Translations under genes and position numbers: made by a program
Source of the DNA: a candidate division WOR-3 bacterium
GTDB lineage: Bacteria; Hydrothermota; UBA3072; B12-G15
NCBI GenBank assembly: GCA_965649055.1
Contig: CBFGJG010000032.1
Coordinates: 1 to 22,972, forward strand
Reading direction: 5' to 3'
DNA length: 22,972 nucleotides
In this document: positions 1 to 7,974 of the stretch, piece by piece
Layout: every line of letters starts with the position of its first letter
Position numbering within the stretch: the first letter of the stretch is position 1
Notes under the pieces: generated by a model
What the model saw: only the letters and a program-made list of their open reading frames with translations
What the model was told of the DNA's origin: nothing
The model's database searches: none

Positions 1-212
1 TAACACATCTTCCTGTTATTGCAGCCCTTGCAGATACACATTATTTTGTAGGTAAAGAAACAAAGAAAGGGAGAACAAGAACATATGTAAAAAAACTTGA
101 AGGTGAGGAAAGGGTTAAAGAAATAGCAAGGATGCTTGGTGGTGAAAAATTGTCAGAGTCAGCATATATACATGCCAAAAAACTTATAGGAACGGAGGAA
201 TATAATGATTAA
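1..212 (+). CDS. recN: DNA repair protein RecN, C-terminal fragment (5' end outside window)
   Basis: Manual translation from base 3: THLPVIAALADTHYFVGKETKKGRTRTYVKKLEGEERVKEIARMLGG...EEYND*, matching the RecN C-terminus (THLP..A, ER..EIARMLGG); stop TAA 210-212 overlaps the next ATG. Confidence 0.9.
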   Translation, partial: THLPVIAALADTHYFVGKETKKGRTRTYVKKLEGEERVKEIARMLGGEKLSESAYIHAKKLIGTEEYND

Positions 213-1152
213 AAAATCAGCAGAGATAGCCTTAAAAGATTGTATGGGATTAAAGAAGAATGAATCACTCCTTGTTATTACAGATACCATTTTAAGGGAG
301 ATAGGAAGGGTCTTCTTCCAGGTAGGTATTGAAATTGGAGCAGATGCTATTTATGTTGAGATTCTGCCAAGGCTCACAGATGGTGAAGAGCCACCTTCAT
401 CTGTAGCGAAGGCATTGCAGGATGTTGATGTTGCAATTATCCCTACGCTCAAATCATTAAGCCATACAAAGGCAAGGCTTGATGCAACAAAAAAAGGTGT
501 GAGGATAGCCTCTTTACCAGGGATAACAGAAGAGATACTTGAAAGAACAATGAATGTTGATTATTTTGAGGTTAAAGAGATATCAGAAAATATATCAAGA
601 ATTCTTTCAAAAGGGAAGAATGTCCATGTTTATTCTTCATCAGGAACCGATATTTCATTTTCCATACAGGGAAGGAATGCACATTCAGACACAGGTATTT
701 TAACCCAGGCAGGTTCTTTTGGTAATCTTCCAGCCGGTGAATCATACATTGCACCTTTGGAAGGTTCAGCAAATGGGATTGTTGTTATTGATGGTTCACT
801 TGCAGGATATGGTCTTCTCAAAAGCAATTTAAAGGTAGAGATAAAAAATGGTTATGTAGAAAAAGTTGAGGGTGATGGTTCAGGTTATCTTGAAAAGATT
901 TTTCACAAGTTTGGTAAAGAGGCAAGAAATCTTGCTGAATTCGGTATAGGGACAAATCCAAAGGCAAAATTAACAGGGAATATACTTGAAGATGAGAAGG
1001 TGATGGGAACAGTCCATTTTGCATTTGGGAACAATACAACATTTGGTGGAAATGTGTTTGTAAATTCGCATATTGACGGACTTGTGAAAGAGCCTACTAT
1101 TGAGATAGACGATAAAATAATTATGAACAGAGGTATATTCAGTATTGAATAA
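205..1152 (+). CDS. Aminopeptidase, M29/thermophilic metalloprotease-like (short form)
   Basis: 315 aa ORF with GNLPAGE, AEFGIGTNP, DEK..GTVHFAFGNN and HIDG motifs; SD GGAGG upstream. Confidence 0.85.
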   Translation: MIKKSAEIALKDCMGLKKNESLLVITDTILREIGRVFFQVGIEIGADAIYVEILPRLTDGEEPPSSVAKALQDVDVAIIPTLKSLSHTKARLDATKKGVRIASLPGITEEILERTMNVDYFEVKEISENISRILSKGKNVHVYSSSGTDISFSIQGRNAHSDTGILTQAGSFGNLPAGESYIAPLEGSANGIVVIDGSLAGYGLLKSNLKVEIKNGYVEKVEGDGSGYLEKIFHKFGKEARNLAEFGIGTNPKAKLTGNILEDEKVMGTVHFAFGNNTTFGGNVFVNSHIDGLVKEPTIEIDDKIIMNRGIFSIE

Positions 1153-1173
1153 AAGTTAAAATAGGAGGAATAT

Positions 1174-2697
1174 ATGGCAATAATTCTTGATGGTAAAAGT
1201 TTGACGATTGAGAAACTTGTAGCAATAGCACGTAATCATGAAAAGATTGAAGTATCACAGGAGGCTATGGAAGGTGTGAAAAAATGCAGAGAGATGCTTG
1301 AAGAAAAAATAAAAGCTCGTGAGATTATGTATGGAATAAATACAGGGATTGGTGAATTCTCAGAGGTCGTCCTGACAGATGAACAGGTGGAACAATTCCA
1401 GAGATATTTAATCTATAATCATTCGGCAGGTATTGGTGAACCTATGCCTGAAGAATGGGTAAGGGCAGCAATGACAAGCAGGATAAATGTTCTTCTTAAA
1501 GGAAGGTCAGGAATAAGACCAGAGATAATTTTAACATATGTTGATATGTTAAATAAAGGTGTAACACCTGTTGTATGCACAAAAGGTTCTGTTGGAGCTT
1601 GTGGTGACCTTGCACCAATGTCCCAGATTGCACTGCTTCTTTTAGGAGAAGGTGAGGCATTCTATAAAGGTGAAAGATTACCCGGTAATATAGCACTTGA
1701 AAGGGCAGGTATAAAACCACCAGGATTAAAAGCAAGGGATGGTCTTGCAGCAATAAATGGTTCAAATGTGATAACAGGTGTCAGCGCATTGCAGCTTTAC
1801 GATATAAACAGATTATTAAAACAGGCAGAGATAGCATGCGCTATGACACTTGAAGCATTGAAGGCAAATTTGAAGCCCTATGATGTCCGTCTACACGAGG
1901 CAAGAGGATTTCCCGGTGCAATAAGGAGTGCAAAGGCAATAATGAAGTGTATAGAAGGAAGTGACCTTTTGAAAGGTGTAATAAAGACAAAAGTTCAGGA
2001 CGCATATTCAATGCGTTCAACACCACAGGTTATTGGTGCAGCACATGATGCTGTTTCCTGGGCAAGAAAACAGGTGGAAATAGAATTAAACGGGGTAGGT
2101 GATAACCCAATCTTTCTTGCTGAATATAAACTCACATTAACAGGTGCAAACTTCCAGGGAACACCTGTTTCATTACCGATGGATATGGTAGGTGCTGCAT
2201 TAACAATGGTTGATGTGATATCTGAAAGAAGATTGAATAGGTTAACGAACCCTGCTTTGAGTGTAGGCCTTCCACCATTCTTAACAAAAGGTGCAGGAAT
2301 GTTCTCGGGTATGATGTTGAGCCAGTATACAGCAGATATGATGATAGTTGAAAATAGAATTCTTTCTTTCCCTGCATCTATAATGTCAATACCGGCAGCA
2401 GCTGACCAGGAAGACTTCGTTTCTATGGGAATGAATACAGTCTTAAAGAATCATCAGATTATAGATAATTCATACGGGATAATAGGTATTGAATTCATGG
2501 CAGCTGCACAGGGTCTTGATTTCAGAGAATATTCACCGGGTCTTGGTGTAAGAACAGCGAAGAATGTTATAAGAAAGTATGTTCCGCACCTTGAAGAAGA
2601 TAGGCCTTTATACAATGACCATAATGCGATGAAGAAACTTGTAAAATCCTGTGAAATACTTGAGGCAGTTGAAGAGACAATAGGGAGTTTGGAATAG
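1174..2697 (+). CDS. hutH: MIO-dependent aromatic amino-acid ammonia-lyase, histidine ammonia-lyase-like
   Basis: 507 aa; YGINTG (Y53), NH83, GSVGACGDLAP, QDAYSMR, QEDFVSM; SD AGGAGG. The family is clear; substrate and hutH identity are less certain. Confidence 0.8.
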   Translation: MAIILDGKSLTIEKLVAIARNHEKIEVSQEAMEGVKKCREMLEEKIKAREIMYGINTGIGEFSEVVLTDEQVEQFQRYLIYNHSAGIGEPMPEEWVRAAMTSRINVLLKGRSGIRPEIILTYVDMLNKGVTPVVCTKGSVGACGDLAPMSQIALLLLGEGEAFYKGERLPGNIALERAGIKPPGLKARDGLAAINGSNVITGVSALQLYDINRLLKQAEIACAMTLEALKANLKPYDVRLHEARGFPGAIRSAKAIMKCIEGSDLLKGVIKTKVQDAYSMRSTPQVIGAAHDAVSWARKQVEIELNGVGDNPIFLAEYKLTLTGANFQGTPVSLPMDMVGAALTMVDVISERRLNRLTNPALSVGLPPFLTKGAGMFSGMMLSQYTADMMIVENRILSFPASIMSIPAAADQEDFVSMGMNTVLKNHQIIDNSYGIIGIEFMAAAQGLDFREYSPGLGVRTAKNVIRKYVPHLEEDRPLYNDHNAMKKLVKSCEILEAVEETIGSLE

Positions 2698-3236
2698 TTT
2701 TTGAATATATCTCCATAATATTTATAGCAATCAGTCTTTCAATGGACTGCTTTGCTGTCTCTGTTGCTGAAGGCCTGATTTTGAAAGAAGAAAGGTTTAA
2801 ATTGTCTTACATCCTTGCATCATCCTTTGGATTCTTCCAGGGGATGATGTTCCTTTTAGGATTTTTTCTTGGAAAAGGAATGATAAGATTTATAGAGAGT
2901 TTCAGTAATATAATTGGTTTTATAGTTATAGTTGCGATTGGGATTAAGATGATTATTGATTCTCGGAAGGAAGAAAAAATATGTTTAACAAAGAATATTA
3001 AATATCTAATAATTCTTTCAATAGCAACAAGTCTGGATGCATTTGGTGTGGGTTTTGGTATTTCAATTGTAAAAACAAATCATTTTATAAATGCATTAAT
3101 AATTGCTTTAACAACATTTATTATATCATTTTTAGGTGTAAGAATTGGTGAAAAGGCAAGTAGATTCACAAAGAAAGCAGAGGTATTTGCAGGAATAATA
3201 CTTATATTGATTGGATTTAAAATTCTATTATTTTAA
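2694..3236 (+). CDS. mntP: Manganese efflux pump MntP family
   Basis: Twin motifs SLSMDCFAVS and ATSLDAFGVG, hydrophobic. The ORF track starts at ATG 2742 inside the first motif; the frame is open upstream and the likely start is ATA 2694 after SD GGGAG. Confidence 0.85.
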   Translation: MVFEYISIIFIAISLSMDCFAVSVAEGLILKEERFKLSYILASSFGFFQGMMFLLGFFLGKGMIRFIESFSNIIGFIVIVAIGIKMIIDSRKEEKICLTKNIKYLIILSIATSLDAFGVGFGISIVKTNHFINALIIALTTFIISFLGVRIGEKASRFTKKAEVFAGIILILIGFKILLF

Positions 3237-3283
3237 TTTTTGTCAAATGTCAAGACCTGACACCATTACTTAAATTTATCATT

Positions 3284-4379
3284 TTATTTATTAACAATAA
3301 ATTTTAAACCACTAATCTCGTAATCTTTAGAAGTTGATATTATCTTTATCACTGAATCGTTATCAGGATTTAAAACAGCTATCTTATGCTGATAGTTCGA
3401 TATTATATAAACCTTATTCATAGCATATGAATACTCCATATAATCTGGTCCATAAAAGTCTCCAAGATAAACCTTCTTTATTACCTCATCTGTTTGTGTA
3501 TTTATTACTGTTATAAAATTATCATTAACTCCACTACCTGGATTAGGAGGAAAAATAATATGGGATATATATGCTTTATTGTTTGGTAAAGGTAATATAA
3601 AACTCGGAAGAATATCAAACATAACAAATTTCGTTATAGAACAAGCAGGAAAATCATATATTGTTAAAGATGATGGATAACTTCCTATTGTATAAATCTT
3701 ACTTCCGGTGATAAATTTTATCCCCCCCAAGCTGTGGAGCATAATCATTATACTTCCACTCAAAATAATATACCTCTCCAAGTGTATCTACATCAGTATA
3801 AAATCTAAACATATGTGGATGTGGTGAACATTTTATTATCCATATGGAACTATCAGGCGAATAAAAAATTTCTCTATTACCTATACATCCAAGGTCTTTT
3901 ACTATTTTCTTCCTGAATGTTTTTGTTTTCAAGTCTATAACAGTCTGAACAAAATCCGTATCACCAGCAGGCTTGAAATAATGAAAAACAAATGCCTCAT
4001 CATTAGGTAAACGATGAATAGTCGATGGACAATTTATTCCTATATCTATCTTTCCTATAACCTCTCCTTTTTCAGGGTCAAATATGTTAACATAGTTTCC
4101 AGGAACATTATCAAATACCTTTAAATCTATGGGAATATATAACATACCATCTGGTCCTAAGCAGAAACTCGATATAAATTCCCTTGTAGAAACTTGATGT
4201 TCTCCTACTATTGAATCTTTTTCTAAATCTATAACTGTTACATAATAATGGTCTTTTTCCCAATCTTTATAAAGAAAATATCCAACATATTCAGGTATAT
4301 CAATAGGTGTGTTATTTAGTTCTTCCTCTTTAAAACATCCAAATAAAAGAACAAAAAGAACAAAATATTTTTTATTTAT
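3284..4379 (-). pseudogene. Frameshifted (possibly phase-variable) YncE-like beta-propeller lipoprotein, paralog of 4372..5523
   Basis: Frame open from ATA 4379 (NKKYFVLFVLLFGCFKEEELNNTPIDIPEYV) through ORF 3699..4145; homology continues in ORF 3284..3781 (ends KFIVNK). Removing one G from the G7 run joins them into about 364 aa. Confidence 0.8.
3722..3728 (-). repeat. G7 homopolymer at the frameshift site
   Basis: + strand CCCCCCC at 3722-3728; G6 would read ...PQLGGIKFITGSKIY in frame. Confidence 0.85.
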
Positions 4380-5523
4380 TCACAATAATCCTTGAACCTA
4401 AAAATGTCTCACCTTCCCCAAATACCAAAACCTTTATAACTTCATCCGTCATCGGGTTTATTACAGATATTTTCTTCTCATACCCTGAAAATACATATAC
4501 CTTATTTAATGATGGTGAATATTCCATTATATAAGGACCATAAAGACCACAATCTACCTTCTTTATAAACTCATCATTTGTCCCATCAAATACATAAATA
4601 TATTTATCATCTATCCTATGGCCTTCCTCACCAGCAACAATATAGTATGAAACATAAACTTTATTATTAGGGAGGGTTATAATGGATCTTCCAGATCCTA
4701 CCATTGGCAGGTTTAATGGGATATACTTTAATATCTGTAATGATGGAAATTCATAGACAACTACACATTCTTCTACCCCTCCACTTTCATCAGGCAATAC
4801 CCTCATACATTTTGCATAAATCTTATCATTTGACAAAAACATAATAGCATCAACCCTAATCCTATCACCATTGTATTCATCCTCAAACTCAAGGACTTCA
4901 CCAAGTGTATCAACAACAGGATAAAACTTTACCATTTTATTATGTGGTAAAAATGGTGATGACGAAGACCTCGAAATATATATCCACACTTCACTATCAG
5001 GTGAGAAAAATACTTCGCCTCTATATGCACACCCGCCAAGGTATGCATCTATCTTCTTCTTATATGTAAAATTCTTTAAATCTATAACGGAATTCTCCAA
5101 TGCAGTATCACCTGCACCCCTAAAATATTGTAAGATAAATGCCTCATCATTTGGGATTGAATAAATAGATCCAGCACTTGAAGGAATCTTTAATTCATCT
5201 ATTATCTCTCCTTTTTTAGGGTCAAATTTCTGAACATATCCTGCTGTTATCAGGACAAAATATAAATATCCATCTCTCCCAAGGCAGAAGTCTGTTACCC
5301 AATGACCTTTCGTTGAAACCTTATGTATCCCTATGATTGAATCCTTCTCCATATCTATCACTATTATATAATCCCTTACTGAATTATCGTCCTCACCAGC
5401 CCTGAACAATGCATAGCAGACATATTCGGGAATATCTATTGGTTTATTCCCAAGGTCCTCTTCCTTAAAACAACTAAAACATCCAATCATTGAAACCATA
5501 ATCAATAATATAATATTTCTCAT
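4372..5523 (-). CDS. YncE-like beta-propeller lipoprotein
   Basis: 383 aa; lipobox MIGC; blade-like repeats (IIVIDMEKDSII, VYVSY..IYVFDGTNDEFIKKV, NKVYV..ISVINPMTDEVIK); SD GGAGG. Confidence 0.7.
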   Translation of the reverse strand: MRNIILLIMVSMIGCFSCFKEEDLGNKPIDIPEYVCYALFRAGEDDNSVRDYIIVIDMEKDSIIGIHKVSTKGHWVTDFCLGRDGYLYFVLITAGYVQKFDPKKGEIIDELKIPSSAGSIYSIPNDEAFILQYFRGAGDTALENSVIDLKNFTYKKKIDAYLGGCAYRGEVFFSPDSEVWIYISRSSSSPFLPHNKMVKFYPVVDTLGEVLEFEDEYNGDRIRVDAIMFLSNDKIYAKCMRVLPDESGGVEECVVVYEFPSLQILKYIPLNLPMVGSGRSIITLPNNKVYVSYYIVAGEEGHRIDDKYIYVFDGTNDEFIKKVDCGLYGPYIMEYSPSLNKVYVFSGYEKKISVINPMTDEVIKVLVFGEGETFLGSRIIVNK

Positions 5524-5532
5524 AATACCTCC

Positions 5533-5559
5533 AAAAAGAGGGGGTTACCCCCCTCTTTT
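5533..5559 (-). terminator. Intrinsic-terminator-like hairpin between lipoprotein genes
   Basis: Minus strand AAAAGAGGGGG-GTAA-CCCCCTCTTTTT: up to 11-bp stem, GNRA loop, U5 tail directly followed by the SD of 4372..5523. Confidence 0.7.
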
Positions 5560-6694
5560 AATCAAAACTCGCTGTTACATAGATTGCAATTGGACTATTC
5601 ATAAGTTCCAAAGGTGTAGGTGCCCTTGTTGGGGCAGTCACATTTTCCCACCACCAGGACATAAAACTCACACCTTGTTCCTTGTATGACCTCCATACCA
5701 ATGATGTGCAACACCATTTGTATGTATAAAATCTATAAACCCATGAACCCGGTTTACCAAACAAACCATCCCAAGAATCCCAAACGCCACTATATGGTTC
5801 GTGTAATTGTGCATCTGCATAGGCAACAGCAGCAACCCTCTTTGAATAACCACAATTTATATAATCAATAATACAGCAGTCATATCCTCTCCAGAAATTC
5901 CAATGACCCAATTGGACACCAGTCCCTGTCCCACAACAATTATTTGGATGTGCATGGATAGTTGCATACCAATCTTGATGATCGATAGTCCACTTTCTTG
6001 CCAATCCATCATGTGTTATTGTATATACCCTCCAAGGGTCGGTCTCACCACCTGTAATTCTATGCCCAGAAGTTATAAGGTAACCTGTATTTGCCTTTGT
6101 ATAGTCAACCTGATTCCCAGGTCCTGATAAAACTGGTAGTTTTTCTAATTCCTCAATCTTTTTCATCGTCTCTTCATCAGGTAATATAGGATAATATGGG
6201 TCAACAAGGACGATTGAATCCCCCCTATCATCTATTATCGTATCTGGCTCTGGTGGATTCGCTAATGCTGTGCTTACCTTGAATTCATAATAAATATTTA
6301 ATGTGGTAAAACTACCCGGTGAACCTGTAAGCCTCACCTTCAATATATTCGTATTCTGTGGTAATACTATCCTCTTCTCTATAACCTCAACATCCTGGTT
6401 AAACTCTGATGGTGAAAATATCTCTTCTTCATTTAACCATATCCTCATTGATGTCACCCTCTTATCACCATTTATCACCTCAAATATCATTGTATCAATA
6501 GGTCCTTCTATCGTATCAATGAACTCATTCGGTTGACCTTGTGTCCTCTCATACCTTAAACTATAAATATTCATTTTTATAACACTGCCTAATGTCTGAT
6601 AACCATTACCTTCAAGTGATTTAAATCCATTCATAACCTTATTCTCACAACCAAATATTAATATAATCAATATTAAAATCAATATTTTTTTCAT
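5558..6694 (-). CDS. Lipoprotein with N-terminal beta-sandwich module and C-terminal permuted papain-like (YiiX/YaeF-type NlpC/P60) domain
   Basis: Signal MKKILILILIILIFGC; His-before-Cys order: THDG (H228), IHAHP, AVAYADAQLHEPY, WCCTSLVWRSYKEQGV (C329; cf. FYCSELVW.AY...G); SD AAGGAGG. Confidence 0.7.
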   Translation of the reverse strand: MKKILILILIILIFGCENKVMNGFKSLEGNGYQTLGSVIKMNIYSLRYERTQGQPNEFIDTIEGPIDTMIFEVINGDKRVTSMRIWLNEEEIFSPSEFNQDVEVIEKRIVLPQNTNILKVRLTGSPGSFTTLNIYYEFKVSTALANPPEPDTIIDDRGDSIVLVDPYYPILPDEETMKKIEELEKLPVLSGPGNQVDYTKANTGYLITSGHRITGGETDPWRVYTITHDGLARKWTIDHQDWYATIHAHPNNCCGTGTGVQLGHWNFWRGYDCCIIDYINCGYSKRVAAVAYADAQLHEPYSGVWDSWDGLFGKPGSWVYRFYTYKWCCTSLVWRSYKEQGVSFMSWWWENVTAPTRAPTPLELMNSPIAIYVTASFD

Positions 6695-6742
6695 TCAAAC
6701 CTCCTTTTTTAATTTAATTTCTTCACCAATTAGAATTATTTC

Positions 6743-6773
6743 ACCCTTTGCACCCACTTATGATGCAAAGGGC
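6743..6773 (-). promoter_or_regulatory. GC-rich stem-loop in the 5' leader of the lipoprotein operon
   Basis: CCCTTTGCA (6744-6752) / TGCAAAGGG (6764-6772), perfect 9-bp inverted repeat with 11-nt loop in very AT-rich DNA. Confidence 0.55.
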
Positions 6774-6821
6774 ATATTCAAACAAATTTTAATCTCCTGA
6801 ATATTTTAAATATCTTTAGAT

Positions 6822-6896
6822 TTATCTTAAAAAGACAGTATTTAACGAGAGAGAGAGAGAGAGTTTAAATTTGTATATGATAAAACTTATAATCAT
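6822..6896 (-). CDS. Putative leaderless leader peptide (24 aa, MIISFIIYKFKLSLSLSLNTVFLR) spanning the CT repeat
   Basis: ATG 6896 lies 6 nt after the -10 of a TTGACA promoter, the same geometry as other leaderless genes here; stop TAA 6824-6822. Confidence 0.45.
   Translation of the reverse strand: MIISFIIYKFKLSLSLSLNTVFLR
6847..6863. repeat. (GA)8G / (CT)8C dinucleotide microsatellite
   Basis: gagagagagagagagag read directly at 6847-6863. Confidence 0.95.
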
Positions 6897-6902
6897 AATT
6901 TA

Positions 6903-6930
6903 TTTATAATAAAAAATAAAAATTTGTCAA
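6903..6930 (-). promoter_or_regulatory. Sigma70-like promoter of the lipoprotein operon
   Basis: TTGACA (6930-6925)-N16-TATAAA (6908-6903)-N6-ATG. Confidence 0.65.
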
Positions 6931-6971
6931 GGATTCTAAAAATTTTATTTAATTATAATCTGTTTTGAAAT

Positions 6972-7925
6972 TTAATTCGTTAAAATCTTTTTTAATTTAA
7001 TAGTAAATCTTCCATTACCATTTTCATTTATCATAATCCCATTATAATTTTTTAATTTCTGAACTATCTCATCTACATCTTCAGTAATTTCAGGGAAGTA
7101 ATCTGCCTTTATTAAAAAACATTCTATATTCAAAGAATCTTCTGAAAATTCAAATATAGTAAAAAGCCCTTTATCTGTCCCTTCAAACTTCTGCCTGAAT
7201 ACAAAATTCCCAAGTGAATAGAAGATAATTCCATCTTTATAAGCCTCTATTGGCTGGATAACATGTGGATGATGTCCGATAAAGATATCAAAACCATTAT
7301 CAATACACCATTTTGCAAAATTAACCTTGCTTTTTTCAGGTTCAAAATTATATTCAGTATCACCATGATAAAACACAATCTTATAATCACAGGTATCCAT
7401 TATTTTTATTATATCCTTGAGAAATTTTTTATCAGGCCTTGCAAGCATATAAGAATCTTCTTTTTTGAAACCAAAATTTGAAACACCTGTTATCCCAACT
7501 ATTCCAACAGAAACACCCTTCATCTGAATTATCAGGATTTTATATGAAGAATTTCTATCAATTCCTCCACCAATATAATGAATATTATTAGAAGAAAGTA
7601 TCTCGAAACAATTAATTAAAGCATCTTTTCCAAAATCTATCGCATGGTTGTTTGCAACACTCACTATCTTTATTTTTGCTTTTTTTAAAGAATTAATAGC
7701 AACAGGTGGTGCTACAAATCTTTCCCATCCAATCTGTGTTATTCCACCCTGTTCGCTTATCACACCTTCAAGGTTCACTATGTTTAAATCAGTTGAATTT
7801 AAAAGAGAATCAATCTTATAGAAAGGATAAAGGGTTGTATCTTCTAACATCATCTGTCCGAGCTGTCTTCCCATATTCACATCACCGCCAAAACCTATTT
7901 TTAAAGATAAAAGAATAATAAGCAT
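6972..7925 (-). CDS. CapA/PGA_cap family metallophosphoesterase
   Basis: GDVNMGR, NLEG, ANNHAIDFG, GHHPHV and YSLGNFVF motifs. Confidence 0.9.
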   Translation of the reverse strand: MLIILLSLKIGFGGDVNMGRQLGQMMLEDTTLYPFYKIDSLLNSTDLNIVNLEGVISEQGGITQIGWERFVAPPVAINSLKKAKIKIVSVANNHAIDFGKDALINCFEILSSNNIHYIGGGIDRNSSYKILIIQMKGVSVGIVGITGVSNFGFKKEDSYMLARPDKKFLKDIIKIMDTCDYKIVFYHGDTEYNFEPEKSKVNFAKWCIDNGFDIFIGHHPHVIQPIEAYKDGIIFYSLGNFVFRQKFEGTDKGLFTIFEFSEDSLNIECFLIKADYFPEITEDVDEIVQKLKNYNGIMINENGNGRFTIKLKKILTN

Positions 7926-7931
7926 ATAACA

Positions 7932-7959
7932 ATAATACAGATTATTTTGACTTTTTCCA
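7932..7959 (-). promoter_or_regulatory. Putative leaderless promoter of the CapA-family gene
   Basis: TGGAAA (7959-7954)-N16-TATTAT (7937-7932)-N6-ATG 7925; no SD. Confidence 0.45.
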
Positions 7960-7974
7960 TAATTTTTTTATTCT
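7947..7974 (+). promoter_or_regulatory. Leaderless promoter of the rsmG-like gene
   Basis: TTGACT (7947-7952)-N16-TATTCT (7969-7974)-N6-ATG 7981; no SD. Confidence 0.6.

Noticed and set aside
572..2377. Short minus-strand ORFs inside the aminopeptidase and lyase genes
   Set aside because: Antisense shadows of well-supported genes, with no recognisable motifs.
2698..2741. Possible yybP-ykoY Mn riboswitch before mntP
   Set aside because: No space or structure; the region reads as coding sequence for TM1.
3284..4145. ORFs 3284..3781 and 3699..4145 as two independent genes
   Set aside because: They are consecutive halves of one paralog of 4372..5523 split at the G7 run.
6972..7925. Poly-gamma-glutamate capsule locus
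   Set aside because: No capB/capC nearby; stand-alone CapA-family genes are common.
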